DNA of 64,000 bases from Leptospira sp. (GCA_034439575.1 JAWXAQ010000030.1:192001-256000); one strand, 5' to 3'; positions 49,755 through 60,526 are shown, numbered from the stretch's first letter. Numbers and translations: made by a program. The notes: generated from the sequence alone by a model not told the origin.

Positions 49755-50210
49755 TTAATCTCGAGCGGAAATTTTACGATCCAAAATCAAAACCGCACCC
49801 ACAGGGATTTTGTTTTTTTCATACCAACCCAAATTGACTTCCAAAGCATAACGGGCAGGATTCAGAGAATTATAAACTTCCGTGGTTTGATTTGGTTTCA
49901 TATCGTGAGTTTCCAGGAGTTTGAGATTTGCATCAAAATACCCAAGAGATAACGGAATCATTGTATTTTTCATCCAAAAGGAAAGGTATTCCGATTTTGG
50001 AAATACAAACAACATCCCTTGGTCTTCACCGAGTTCAGTTCTGTGCATAAGACCGATCGCCCGCGTGGATGGGTTATTTGCCACTTCTAATTTAATCGCT
50101 TTTTCGGCTATGGAACCGAATATCATTTCCGTTTGTACTGGCGCGGAATCCGTCGGGCTACAATTTACTAAAATTCCAAAAATTGATAAAAAAATAATTC
50201 GTATTAACAT
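49755..50210 (-). CDS. DUF192 family lipoprotein
   Basis: RAIGLMHR, GMLFVF, FWMKNT.IPL and YALEVN; lipobox LVNC. Confidence 0.88.
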   Translation of the reverse strand: MLIRIIFLSIFGILVNCSPTDSAPVQTEMIFGSIAEKAIKLEVANNPSTRAIGLMHRTELGEDQGMLFVFPKSEYLSFWMKNTMIPLSLGYFDANLKLLETHDMKPNQTTEVYNSLNPARYALEVNLGWYEKNKIPVGAVLILDRKISARD

Positions 50211-50213
50211 AAA

Positions 50214-50984
50214 TTAGCCTCCAAAATTTGGCTTTCTTTTCTCCAAAAATGCACTTAAGCCTTCTTTTGTTTCCATATCTGCGAATCTTCCACCAAACAA
50301 CTGTTTTTCCCATTCCAAACCACGATCAAGACTTGTCTCAATCCCTTGGCGAATGGCCATTTTTGCTGCACGAATCGCATTTGGTCCACGGCTTAAAATC
50401 GTTTGGATCAATTTTTCTGCTTCGTTTAGCAAATCTTCTGATGTAGTCACTCGATTGACAATCCCTAAACGAAAACCCTCTTCTGCAGAAATCATATCTC
50501 CAGTAAATATTAATTCGCTAGCACGCCCGACGCCAATTATTCTAGGCAGGCGCTGGGAACCACCGAATCCAGGTAAGAGCCCGAGTGATACTTCAGGTAA
50601 ACCTAATTTTGCATTTGTTGTAGCAAATCTCATGTCACAAGCCAAAGCCAATTCCAATCCACCTCCAAGCGCAAAACCATTGATTGCTGCGAGAGATACA
50701 AGTGGAGATAGTTCCAGTTTTCGAAATACTTCTTGGCCAAGACCTGAAAAATCTCTACCCGCTGGTTCATTAAATTCTTTCATTTTGGCAATATCAGCAC
50801 CAGCCACAAACGCTTTGCCTTCGCCAGTCAAAATGAATGCACGAATCTGTGGGTCAGTTTCCAATAAGCTAACTGCTTTACCAATTTCTCTGATCACTTC
50901 ATCATTGAGTGCGTTTAATGCCTCTGGTCTTTTGATCGTCACCAATGCAAAGTTAGTTTTTTTCTGAATATCAATAAATCCCAA
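50214..50984 (-). CDS. Enoyl-CoA hydratase (crotonase family)
   Basis: RPEALNAL, AFVAGADI, GFALGGGLELALACD and PEVSLG..PGFGG. Confidence 0.95.
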   Translation of the reverse strand: MGFIDIQKKTNFALVTIKRPEALNALNDEVIREIGKAVSLLETDPQIRAFILTGEGKAFVAGADIAKMKEFNEPAGRDFSGLGQEVFRKLELSPLVSLAAINGFALGGGLELALACDMRFATTNAKLGLPEVSLGLLPGFGGSQRLPRIIGVGRASELIFTGDMISAEEGFRLGIVNRVTTSEDLLNEAEKLIQTILSRGPNAIRAAKMAIRQGIETSLDRGLEWEKQLFGGRFADMETKEGLSAFLEKRKPNFGG

Positions 50985-51000
50985 TTTGGTCTCCGTAATT

Positions 51001-52368
51001 TTAATCTAATTCTATAAGTAAAAACATCATATCATCTGAAAATGATTCTATGCCGAACTCAGTTTTTAAATCAAGTAAGATTGCCTTTTCTAAATCAGGC
51101 AAAAGTTCTATATTTTTGTTTCGATTTAAAATTTGTAAAAATCCGTCCGATCCAAGCTCTTCCCCTTGTGAAGTGGCACATTCAATTAATCCATCAGTAT
51201 AAATGACAAATCTATCACCTGAACTTAAAGACACAATTTTTTCAGAAACGATCGGCGAACGAATATTAAAACCAAGAATGGCACCTTCGGTTTCAATTTC
51301 TACAAATTCTTTTTCGCGAGGGCAATGAATCAAATATGGATGTCCTGCATTTCCAATCGTGAGCCGTTTTTCTAAAAAATCAAAAAACAAATACACTGCC
51401 GATGCATGATAACGATTTAAATCTTTTACTAATCTTTCGTCTAAATATTCCAACAACCTAACGGGCGATAATTTGAATCGATATGGGATTGTAGAAACAA
51501 GAACTTTCATAATGGAGGCAACCATGGCGGAAGAAATGCCATGTCCTGCAACATCCGTTAAAAATACACCGACGTTCCCTTCCCTGAGTTGTACGAAATC
51601 AAAGAAATCACCACCGATCACATTGGGATTTTTTCTATAATATTTATATTTTAAGCCATGAATTTTACTTTCTTTAGGAAAGAGTGCATCTTGTACTTTT
51701 TTAGCAAGTTCCAATTCTTGTTGCATTGCCCTTCTTTCTTCGGAATACCTGTAGAGATCTGATAAGTTTCTGCGCTTATTAAAAATAAATACAGATCCTA
51801 TCACAGATGCCCCTATAAAAGTAATGATAGGGAATATTCGTGAGAACAATTGAGTCTCAGATATGATAGATTGTGGCAATAGTATAACATAAACTATATG
51901 AAAAATTACAAAATAAGCCCCTGAAAATACACAGGAAAATTTTTGTAATCGCAAACTATATAATAATATCAAAATACTACTTACCATCAAGTAAGCATTT
52001 GTTAAATAAAAATTTTCTATACTTGGGTGAGATTGAATTGTTATTCCAATTATGATATAAAATAAGGCATCAGATATCACACCAGAAATATAAATCGCAT
52101 AACTTAATTTATATTTTTTCAATAAACTAACAATAACCAAAATTAGACGAACAATCGTTATCGATAATAAATAAGGAATGATACTTGAAATTAATTCAAA
52201 AAAAGGCGGGAGGATGATTAGAAAATAAAAGAAAAAATGAATGAAAAAAGTGTAATTTGTATATTCTTTATCATACTTTTCGTTCATTAAATGAAGGATT
52301 TCACTTTCAGAACTTCTTCCTGATTTGAAAAGATCTAGAAAACCACGTCCAAATGAGGACCCGTGCAT
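51001..52368 (-). CDS. Membrane-bound SpoIIE/PP2C Ser/Thr phosphatase
   Basis: Several TM segments; IGGDFFD, DVAGHG, NAGHP, YTDG and SDDM; TAATG coupling at 52368. Confidence 0.9.
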   Translation of the reverse strand: MHGSSFGRGFLDLFKSGRSSESEILHLMNEKYDKEYTNYTFFIHFFFYFLIILPPFFELISSIIPYLLSITIVRLILVIVSLLKKYKLSYAIYISGVISDALFYIIIGITIQSHPSIENFYLTNAYLMVSSILILLYSLRLQKFSCVFSGAYFVIFHIVYVILLPQSIISETQLFSRIFPIITFIGASVIGSVFIFNKRRNLSDLYRYSEERRAMQQELELAKKVQDALFPKESKIHGLKYKYYRKNPNVIGGDFFDFVQLREGNVGVFLTDVAGHGISSAMVASIMKVLVSTIPYRFKLSPVRLLEYLDERLVKDLNRYHASAVYLFFDFLEKRLTIGNAGHPYLIHCPREKEFVEIETEGAILGFNIRSPIVSEKIVSLSSGDRFVIYTDGLIECATSQGEELGSDGFLQILNRNKNIELLPDLEKAILLDLKTEFGIESFSDDMMFLLIELD

Positions 52369-52709
52369 TAGGGCTCTCCCCAAATCAAGGTCTTAATTTC
52401 TGAACCCGCGAGAGTGATAGTAAAAGATTTACCACTTTCAAGATATAGATCCAATTGACTCGCTAAATCAATGGCTTTCTTTTGATCTTCCAACCGAAAG
52501 AAAAATGGAGAAGAAACAGCTTTATAATTGTAAGGAAATCGCTCGGATACTAATAGTGTGACACGGTAGTGATCAATTCTTGGTTCCAAAACGATATGAC
52601 TTACTTCTTTACGAGATAAGACTCGTGTGGTAGGGAGTCGGTTCCAAGGATTTGATTCCCCAAAAACAGATAAAAAAAGAAAAAAATAGAGACCTAAGAT
52701 TCGCATCAT
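52368..52709 (-). CDS. Small exported hypothetical protein
   Basis: MMRILGLYFFLFLSVFG signal. The longer ORF-track version overlaps the divergent gene. Confidence 0.65.
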   Translation of the reverse strand: MMRILGLYFFLFLSVFGESNPWNRLPTTRVLSRKEVSHIVLEPRIDHYRVTLLVSERFPYNYKAVSSPFFFRLEDQKKAIDLASQLDLYLESGKSFTITLAGSEIKTLIWGEP

Positions 52710-52749
52710 ATGATAGAATTTTCGGTAAACTCTGTTAAGAGAATAGTAC

Positions 52750-53781
52750 ATGATTAAATTAAACGTGCCCTTATACATCCTATTTCTTCTTTCCGTTCCT
52801 CTTGTCAACTGTAGACCCGATCCACCACCAATCCCGACCAATCCATATGCTGTCTGGAATTTGAATGATCCAGGTTTACAAAGAAGATCTTTAAATTTTC
52901 CTCTTGGTGAAACTTGGGACCAAAGGGCTAAAGAACTAGATGCTGTAAGAAAAAGCACACTCCTTGCGATCAATGAAATCGATGGTATATCAGATATTCC
53001 AAGTGGTGCACCAGATGCGAATGTATTTGCTTCAAAGCTTTCAAAAATTCGTCAGTCATTTCCTGACAAAGTAAATGAACAATTTGACCAATACGTTTTT
53101 GCCGTATATTTTGTTCGTAATTTAGGTAGCTCAGGTTTAACGGGCATTATTCGATACAACAAAGAACCTATTGGTGGCATTATATTTATTGATACGGAAC
53201 GTCTTTCCAAAAAAGCAAATGAATGGGCGACTGAAAAAGAGAAAACTGTTTTTTCCTTTGCCCCAGGCCAAGATTTGAAAGTCACTTTAGAAACGGATGA
53301 AAATAATACGATAGAAAATAGTCTCGCCTTTATTCTGTTACATGAATTTGGACATATACTTGCAACAGTGGATGCCGTTGCACCTGATTTCAGTTTAATG
53401 AAAAGAGATTTCAAATCGTTTCCATACTTCAAGGACTTTTGGTTTACGGAAGTTCATTCTGAATATGATACAGATATCAAAGATAGAACCAAAATTAAAT
53501 TTTATTCGAAAGAAAAAATTCCGTTTTCACCGAATGGATTGGATCTTTATTCTGAGTTAGAAGATTCTCCTTTTGTCACACTTTATTCGGCAAATAATGC
53601 GGATGATAGTTTTGCTGAAGCCTATGCATCTTACGTTCATGTGATTTTACAGAATAAACCTTACGAAGTACATGCGATCCAAGATTCAGAATCAAAACTT
53701 ATATTTGACAATGGAATCAACCGCAGTGAAGGAAAATCGCAAAGGGAATTCTTAAATAAAATTTTCGGTCGCAAAGAATAA
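52750..53781 (+). CDS. Lipoprotein, putative zinc metallopeptidase
   Basis: Lipobox LVNC; LLHEFGH (HExxH) and downstream DDSFAEAY. Confidence 0.75.
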   Translation: MIKLNVPLYILFLLSVPLVNCRPDPPPIPTNPYAVWNLNDPGLQRRSLNFPLGETWDQRAKELDAVRKSTLLAINEIDGISDIPSGAPDANVFASKLSKIRQSFPDKVNEQFDQYVFAVYFVRNLGSSGLTGIIRYNKEPIGGIIFIDTERLSKKANEWATEKEKTVFSFAPGQDLKVTLETDENNTIENSLAFILLHEFGHILATVDAVAPDFSLMKRDFKSFPYFKDFWFTEVHSEYDTDIKDRTKIKFYSKEKIPFSPNGLDLYSELEDSPFVTLYSANNADDSFAEAYASYVHVILQNKPYEVHAIQDSESKLIFDNGINRSEGKSQREFLNKIFGRKE

Positions 53782-53795
53782 TACTGATACCCGAA

Positions 53796-55178
53796 ATGAC
53801 GGTGTATCAGAAATTTAATTATGATATAATTAGAAAATATTATTTAATAAGTTTTATTTTCCTTTTACATTTACTCCCATTAGGTGCCCAAAGTACAACT
53901 AACGAGGTTGTGGCGCCGTCAGAAAAAACCAAATTTGAAGAACCGAAAGTAATTGTTGTTACAAATGTAGAAATTGTGAGTAACTTCGTATGGCGGGGCA
54001 TTGATATCGGCGGAGATATGATGCATAGAAGGAACGGAGATTCTTACAAATCTGTTTCCTTTGCACCAGCCTTGCAACCCACAATTGACATTTTTTCTCC
54101 ATCCAAAAATTTCCAATTTCAACTCTTTGGAAGTTTTCAAATTTCCCAAAGACATGACCGGGATTCAGATAAACGTTTATTTCAATCCACACCCGGTGGT
54201 GTGGGTCCAAGTTATATAAGTGAAGAGCCAAGGTTTTGGGATCCTTCAAACCAAGACAATTGTGCACAAAATCTCCAGACACAAAGCTTGTCGGGTAACG
54301 GTAGTTTTACGGGTTGTGATAGAATTCCAGGTCAAGATATTTCACCGCAAAGAGAACCAAATGGAATGAGGCGAGCCGACGGATTGTTTTCTGGATTTAC
54401 CTATCATTTTGATGAGGCCAAATGGGGATCCTTGTCTGTAGGGATTTGGTTTTACAATACTTTCAACAAATCACCTGCTTTTGGAATGGCCCCTGCATCC
54501 CAAACCCCAAATCCATATGCATCTGGCGGAGTCGGTACACCTTACTCTCCCAATGTATATAACTCTAACAACACAAATGCGATCACTCGACTTTCCTGGC
54601 ATGAATATTTTATCTTTTATAAATTACCAGTTTTGAAACAATTGGAACCGACAATTTCCTTATATACTCAGTATTCCACCGATAATGGTGGAATTATGGC
54701 TGGTCGAAATTATATTTCTTATTCAATGGGATATGAATTTAGAAAAGGAAATTTTTTCCGCAATATGCCATCAATAAACATTGGCTATGCGGCCGCAAAT
54801 AACCTCATTGATAATCGAAATGGAATTCAAGATATCACTGGATCTTGGAGCTTTTTTTTCGGAGACTTTTTTACAAGAATCACCGGTGTTTATAAACCAG
54901 ATTTATATATTTGGGATACGAACAATGCGTACGGATATGCAGGCGGTGAACCAAATCGAGCCAATTGGAACAGAACTTCAAAAGATGGCCTGGTGCCAGA
55001 CCCAAGCAAATTATATGGAGCAGAAAATTCCTTTGTATTAAATAGTATTGAAAGTTTAGATTTTGGAAATGCCGGTCTAAACGCATTAGGGAAAACCTAC
55101 CTACGCGAAATGTACACTCTCCAAAAAATCCCTGCGTACATTTTGTATTACTCCTTCGGGTATACAAAAACATTTTAA
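53796..55178 (+). CDS. Putative outer-membrane beta-barrel/porin-like protein
   Basis: Signal peptide, SNFVWRG..PALQPTID start typical of TorF/Gcw-like porins, and C-terminal YSFGYTKTF. Confidence 0.65.
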   Translation: MTVYQKFNYDIIRKYYLISFIFLLHLLPLGAQSTTNEVVAPSEKTKFEEPKVIVVTNVEIVSNFVWRGIDIGGDMMHRRNGDSYKSVSFAPALQPTIDIFSPSKNFQFQLFGSFQISQRHDRDSDKRLFQSTPGGVGPSYISEEPRFWDPSNQDNCAQNLQTQSLSGNGSFTGCDRIPGQDISPQREPNGMRRADGLFSGFTYHFDEAKWGSLSVGIWFYNTFNKSPAFGMAPASQTPNPYASGGVGTPYSPNVYNSNNTNAITRLSWHEYFIFYKLPVLKQLEPTISLYTQYSTDNGGIMAGRNYISYSMGYEFRKGNFFRNMPSINIGYAAANNLIDNRNGIQDITGSWSFFFGDFFTRITGVYKPDLYIWDTNNAYGYAGGEPNRANWNRTSKDGLVPDPSKLYGAENSFVLNSIESLDFGNAGLNALGKTYLREMYTLQKIPAYILYYSFGYTKTF

Positions 55179-55243
55179 TATCGAAATTTATGATACGGAT
55201 GGATGATTCTTTGGTTCATTTACTAACTAAAAATGAAATTTTC

Positions 55244-55271
55244 TTGACAGAGATAGAAAACAGATTATAAG
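55244..55271 (+). promoter_or_regulatory. Sigma-70-like promoter of the chemotaxis cluster
   Basis: TTGACA-N16-TATAAG, about 30 nt before the mcp ATG; RBS AAGGA. Confidence 0.5.
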
Positions 55272-55302
55272 TACCCCACTCTTCCTCTAAGGACTTACAA
55301 CC

Positions 55303-57039
55303 ATGAAATGGTTTAGCAATCTTAAGATTCGTACCAGATTACTTTTGGGATATTTTATCGCGATTTTGTTTATGTTACTGATCGGAGCGGTTTCTCTTCA
55401 TACCTCTCAACAGATATTATCAAGTTTACATACTGTTTATGCAGACCGAGTGGTTCCTATTAGTCAAATCAAAGAAGTCGGAAATTCATACCTTATTGGT
55501 ATCATAGATGCTGCTCATAAAGCAAATGCGAAAAAAATATCTTATGACGTTGCCTTAACACAAATTAAAGCATCAGAAACAAAAGCTGATCGCATTTGGG
55601 CAACATACTTATCTACCTTTCTTGTGGAAGATGAAAAAGTCCTCATCGCCAAATTGGAAAAAGAATTTCCACCCCTTAAGCTAGGTATACAAAGACTTGA
55701 ATCTATCTTACTCGCAAAAGATGAAAAAGCACTGGATACATTTGTTCGTGACGAAATGTATCCAGTTTTTGATCCGATTACTGGGCATTTAGAGGAATTA
55801 ATCCAGGTTCAATTAAAAGTCGCCAAACACGAATCAGAATCTTCCGAACAAGATTTCAGGGAATCAATGGTAATTTTTATTGGGATGTTTCTCCTTATCG
55901 TCTTTGTGGTGATTGTTATGGCCGTATTCATGTCTGGATCCATTTCCAATCCTATGAAAGAAATTGTGAAAGCAGCAAATGCGATTGCTATTGGTGATTT
56001 GAATGTAAGCATTTCAAAAAAATTGATCACTGACAGTGAAAATATAAATGAACAAATCGTAAGTAAATCAGAAATCAAAATTTTGGTCTCAGCATTTCTT
56101 GAACTTGTCCAATTCATTAAAGAAAGATCAGCAATCCTTGAAAAAATTGCAATGAGTGACTTAACTTCAAATGTGGCTCTTCGTTCAGAACAAGACACAT
56201 TGGGCAAAAGTTTAAAACTCATGTTGTCAAACCTTACATCCATCATAGAAAAATTAAGCTTCACCTCACAAGAAGTAGATTTAGGTGCACAACAACTTGC
56301 TGATGCCAGCACCTCCCTTTCCGAAGCGGCCAGTGAACAAGCAAGTGCTGTAGAAGAAATCTCAGCCACTCTCACTGAAATTGGCAATAGTTTTATATCA
56401 AATGCTGATAATGCTTCCCGCATGACCCAATTATCCCAAACAACTAGCCAATTTGCGGCAGACGGAAATGAAAAAATGAGAGAACTCATCACAGCAATGC
56501 ACGAGATTAGTGCAAGCTTTGAGCAAATCTCCAAAATCAATAAGGTCATTAATGATATTGCCTTTCAAACCAATATCTTAGCTTTGAATGCGGCAGTAGA
56601 AGCAGCGAGGGCTGGACAACATGGAAAGGGTTTTGCCGTCGTCGCAGATGAAGTTAGAAACCTTGCGCAAAAAAGTGCCAACGCGGCTGATGAAACGACC
56701 AATCTCATTGAAAATTCATTACTCAAGGTTAGATCAGGAAATTTAGCGACAGAAAAAGCGGCCGACGTATTACAAAAGATTGGTGAAAGTGCAGAAAGTG
56801 TAAATGCTTTAACGAACGATCTTTCCTTATCTATTCATGAACAAAAGTCTGCTGTTATGCAAATTACACAAGGAGTCGACCAGGTGACGACTGTTACTTC
56901 TATGACAGCGGCATCTGCCGAAGAAGTTGCTGCATCAAGTGAAACTTTAAAACGACAAGTAGAAGTTATGCGCTCTCTCATTTTGGGATTTAAAATCTCT
57001 ACAGATCAAAATTCTACTGCCTTAGTTAGGTTAGACTAG
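55303..57039 (+). CDS. Methyl-accepting chemotaxis protein (4HB sensor, HAMP)
   Basis: VYADRVVPI and IAFQTNILALNAAVEAARAGQHGKGFAVVADEVR. Confidence 0.97.
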   Translation: MKWFSNLKIRTRLLLGYFIAILFMLLIGAVSLHTSQQILSSLHTVYADRVVPISQIKEVGNSYLIGIIDAAHKANAKKISYDVALTQIKASETKADRIWATYLSTFLVEDEKVLIAKLEKEFPPLKLGIQRLESILLAKDEKALDTFVRDEMYPVFDPITGHLEELIQVQLKVAKHESESSEQDFRESMVIFIGMFLLIVFVVIVMAVFMSGSISNPMKEIVKAANAIAIGDLNVSISKKLITDSENINEQIVSKSEIKILVSAFLELVQFIKERSAILEKIAMSDLTSNVALRSEQDTLGKSLKLMLSNLTSIIEKLSFTSQEVDLGAQQLADASTSLSEAASEQASAVEEISATLTEIGNSFISNADNASRMTQLSQTTSQFAADGNEKMRELITAMHEISASFEQISKINKVINDIAFQTNILALNAAVEAARAGQHGKGFAVVADEVRNLAQKSANAADETTNLIENSLLKVRSGNLATEKAADVLQKIGESAESVNALTNDLSLSIHEQKSAVMQITQGVDQVTTVTSMTAASAEEVAASSETLKRQVEVMRSLILGFKISTDQNSTALVRLD

Positions 57040-57058
57040 GTTTATTTAAATCAATATT

Positions 57059-57565
57059 ATGAAAAATAGATTCAATGCATGGCAAGAAGTGGAGGCGGAA
57101 GACACAATGGAAGGATTGTATCTTTCCTTTTCTGTGAATCAAAGAGATTATGCTTTTGAAGTTAGAAATCTTGTCGAGATTGTTGCCCTTCCCAAAATCA
57201 CATCAATCCCTGGAACTGCTAATTTTTTAAGAGGAGTTATTAATCTTCGAGGCAAAGTGATCCCAGTTATGGATATGCGCCTTAGATTTTTGATCGAAGC
57301 TATTGATTATTCAGATCGCACATGTGTACTCATTGTTAAACTCGGGGAAATTCTTCTTGGACTGATTGTAGACAAAGTATTGGAAGTCTTAAGAATTCCC
57401 GCAGAACATATTGATCCTGCTCCCAAAATTGGAGAATCACAAGCGAGTCAGTTTATAACTTCCACAGGCAGAGTTGAAGATAAACTAATCATCATCATTG
57501 ATCTAAACAAACTTCTCAATGATGATGAATCGCAAGTGATCAAACAAGTACCCGTATCAGGTTGA
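57059..57565 (+). CDS. cheW: Chemotaxis coupling protein CheW
   Basis: GVINLRGKVIPVMD and GLIVDKV. Confidence 0.95.
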   Translation: MKNRFNAWQEVEAEDTMEGLYLSFSVNQRDYAFEVRNLVEIVALPKITSIPGTANFLRGVINLRGKVIPVMDMRLRFLIEAIDYSDRTCVLIVKLGEILLGLIVDKVLEVLRIPAEHIDPAPKIGESQASQFITSTGRVEDKLIIIIDLNKLLNDDESQVIKQVPVSG

Positions 57566-57567
57566 CC

Positions 57568-59499
57568 ATGTCCAGGGATAGAAATGATGTATTGGAATTT
57601 TTAATCGAGGCGCGTGAGATACTCACCGCTATCGAAGAGGGACTATTATCATTTGAAAAAAATCTCAATTCTGGTGCAAGGCCTGATAAAGAAATTCTAA
57701 ATACTTTGTTTCGACATTTCCATACGATCAAAGGGAGCTCTGGTTTTTTTGGTCTGACTGGAATTGTTAAAGTGGCGCATGCGGCAGAAAATTTATTGGA
57801 TTTTCTTAGAAATAATCCAGAAAGTCAAGATAATGAAACGTTAGAATTATTAATTGAAGGCCATGACACCTTGGTCTCGTTAGTTGATGAAGAACAAAAT
57901 AATCCAAGCGATGGTGATATACATTCGGAAGCACAATTTAGCTACATTACAAAGGTAAATTATAAAAACGAAACCATTCGATCCAATATTCCGATGATTT
58001 CTCCATTAAGCAAAGTTGAAACAGAAGAATTTGGTATTTTTTTACCACCTAAGACTGATCAATCAGAAGTGATCAAAGAAGAATTTGGACTCTTCTCTGA
58101 GTCAAAAAAAGAGACGGAAGAATTCGGTTTATTTGGAAACAATAATACGCAAAATCAAGAATTTGGATTATTTGAAGCCAAAGTTATACCTCAGAAAGTA
58201 GAAGAATTTGGACTATTCACTCAAAATATAACAGAGATTAAGTCAAATTCAAATTCTGAAGCGACAAAAATTTTAAATAATACTCCGATTAAATCAGACA
58301 TTCGTATTGATACGGACAAATTGGATGCTCTACTCGACATTGTCGGGGAAATCGTGATTAACGAACCGATGGTAACAAATCATCCTGAATTATCGGGATA
58401 CCATCTTGATAACTTCCACAAAACAGCGATTCAACTAAAAAAATTAGTTAAACAATTACAAGAGATCACTCTCAGCCTAAGAATGGTACCGATTTCTGGT
58501 GTTTTTTCTAAAATGGAAAGATTGGTTCGAGATACGGCCAAAAAAACAAATAAGTTAGTCGAGCTTCATATTTCTGGTGAAGATACTGAAATCGATAAAA
58601 CCATCATCGAAAAAATTTATGACCCTCTTGTGCATATTCTACGTAATGCGATAGATCATGGATTGGAAACTTTGGATGAAAGAAAGGAAGCTGGGAAAAA
58701 CACAACAGGAAATATTTATTTAGAGGCGATGCAATCCGGTAAGGAAGTTTGGATTTCTGCATCAGATGATGGAAAAGGATTGAGCAAAGAGAAAATTATA
58801 AACAAAGCTAAAAAATTAGGTTTGATCCCCTATTCAACTAACGAAGATTCAATGTCAGATAATGAAGTTTGGGATTTTTTATTCAATCCAGGTTTTTCTA
58901 CTGCAGAATTTGTAACTGATCTATCTGGTCGAGGTGTCGGACTCGATGTAGTGAAAAAAAATGTTACAGCTCTCAATGGGTTTATCAATGTTAGTTCAAG
59001 TTTTGGTCAAGGAACCACATTTCTAATCCGACTACCTTTGACATTAGCCATCATAGAAGGCATGGTTGTTCAGAGAAAAGATGATTATTTCATTTTACCT
59101 ACAATAGATGTCAAAGAGACCCTCTATTTAAAAAACGACCAATTCAAAGAAATATATCACAATAATTTCATGTTTGCTTATCGAAACGAAATGATTCCAA
59201 TAGCCGACTTAGATCTGTTATTTGGCCTTGAGTCAAGTTTATATAACTTTGAACCAAAAAGTATTTATGTAATAATCGTTGAAAATGGTGATAAAAAAAT
59301 TGGAATCCCTTTTGATTTAATCATAGGAAACCAATCTATTGTGATCAAACCACTATCTCCTATTTTCAAAAATATCAATGGGTTAGCCGGTTGCACAATT
59401 CTTGGGAATGGACAAGCAGGATTAATCCTAGATGTGCGTAAACTTGTAAGCAATTACTTTCAAAGCGATTTATCTAAAGTATTAACACATGAAATATAA
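57568..59499 (+). CDS. cheA: Chemotaxis histidine kinase CheA
   Basis: FRHFHTIKGSS, HILRNAIDHG, DDGKG, SGRGVGLDVV and LPLTLAI, plus a CheW-like P5 domain. Confidence 0.97.
   Translation: MSRDRNDVLEFLIEAREILTAIEEGLLSFEKNLNSGARPDKEILNTLFRHFHTIKGSSGFFGLTGIVKVAHAAENLLDFLRNNPESQDNETLELLIEGHDTLVSLVDEEQNNPSDGDIHSEAQFSYITKVNYKNETIRSNIPMISPLSKVETEEFGIFLPPKTDQSEVIKEEFGLFSESKKETEEFGLFGNNNTQNQEFGLFEAKVIPQKVEEFGLFTQNITEIKSNSNSEATKILNNTPIKSDIRIDTDKLDALLDIVGEIVINEPMVTNHPELSGYHLDNFHKTAIQLKKLVKQLQEITLSLRMVPISGVFSKMERLVRDTAKKTNKLVELHISGEDTEIDKTIIEKIYDPLVHILRNAIDHGLETLDERKEAGKNTTGNIYLEAMQSGKEVWISASDDGKGLSKEKIINKAKKLGLIPYSTNEDSMSDNEVWDFLFNPGFSTAEFVTDLSGRGVGLDVVKKNVTALNGFINVSSSFGQGTTFLIRLPLTLAIIEGMVVQRKDDYFILPTIDVKETLYLKNDQFKEIYHNNFMFAYRNEMIPIADLDLLFGLESSLYNFEPKSIYVIIVENGDKKIGIPFDLIIGNQSIVIKPLSPIFKNINGLAGCTILGNGQAGLILDVRKLVSNYFQSDLSKVLTHEI
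58024..58218 (+). repeat. Five coding repeats of (E/Q)EFG(L/I)F in the CheA linker
   Basis: EEFGIF, EEFGLF, EEFGLF, QEFGLF and EEFGLF. Confidence 0.9.
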
Positions 59500-60526
59500 A
59501 GCAATTATTGTCGATGACCAAAGAAGTGTCCGCCAAATGATAAAAAGGTGGATTGAAAATACTGGTGAATGGGAAGTCGTTGGTGAAGCATCAAATGGAA
59601 TAGAAGCATCAGAACTTTTAAACACTCAGAATGCAGACGTTATGACTTTAGATGTCCATATGCCTGGAATGAATGGATTGGAATTTTTAAAACAAATATT
59701 TCCGAAACACTCACTCAAAGTGATCATGTTTAGTTCTTTAACACAAGAAGGTGCGAGAACTACTTTAGAAGCATTGGAAGCTGGAGCGTTTGACTTTGTC
59801 ACAAAACCCAATGGAACACCTACAAGTATAGAAGAAACAAAAATAGACCTAATTTCAAAACTAAATGAAGCAGTCAAATCACATAGCTTATATAAGGTGA
59901 ATACTTCAAACGCAAGCATTAAGAAATATTTTTATCCAACAAATACTCAAACTTCTAAAAAATTAATCGCCATTGCATCATCAACTGGTGGAACAACAGC
60001 ACTATCAAAAATTTTCTCAGAAATAGATGGCAGTTTACCTCCAATTGTCATTGCACAACACATGCCACCTAACTTTACGGCGATGTTTGCTTCTCGATTA
60101 GCCGCGACGTTAGGCTTGAATGTACAGGAAGCAAAGGACAATCAGCTCTTAACAAATGGTAGCATTTTTATTGCGCCAGGAGATTTTCATTTAGGGATAA
60201 AAAAGGTCGGTTCAGATTTATATACCCAAATAACCCAATCAGAAAAAGTAAATGGGCACAGACCATCAGCTGATTTTTTATTTGAGTCAATTCTTGAGCA
60301 AGGATTGGCTAAATCTACCTTAGGGATCATACTTACTGGAATGGGAGGGGACGGAGCGAAAGGACTGTTAGGCCTTAAAAAAAATGGATCTATCACTATC
60401 GGCCAAGACGAAGCCAGTAGTATCGTATATGGCATGCCAAAAGTAGCATTTGATTTAGGTGCAGTTGATTTTCAAGTTTCCTTAGATCAAATATCAGAGA
60501 AAATTTACTCATTGGTAAACACATGA
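59489..60526 (+). CDS. cheB: Chemotaxis methylesterase CheB
   Basis: Receiver TLDVHMP; ASSTGG, QHMP, HRPSAD and LTGMGGDGA. Confidence 0.96.
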   Translation: MKYKAIIVDDQRSVRQMIKRWIENTGEWEVVGEASNGIEASELLNTQNADVMTLDVHMPGMNGLEFLKQIFPKHSLKVIMFSSLTQEGARTTLEALEAGAFDFVTKPNGTPTSIEETKIDLISKLNEAVKSHSLYKVNTSNASIKKYFYPTNTQTSKKLIAIASSTGGTTALSKIFSEIDGSLPPIVIAQHMPPNFTAMFASRLAATLGLNVQEAKDNQLLTNGSIFIAPGDFHLGIKKVGSDLYTQITQSEKVNGHRPSADFLFESILEQGLAKSTLGIILTGMGGDGAKGLLGLKKNGSITIGQDEASSIVYGMPKVAFDLGAVDFQVSLDQISEKIYSLVNT

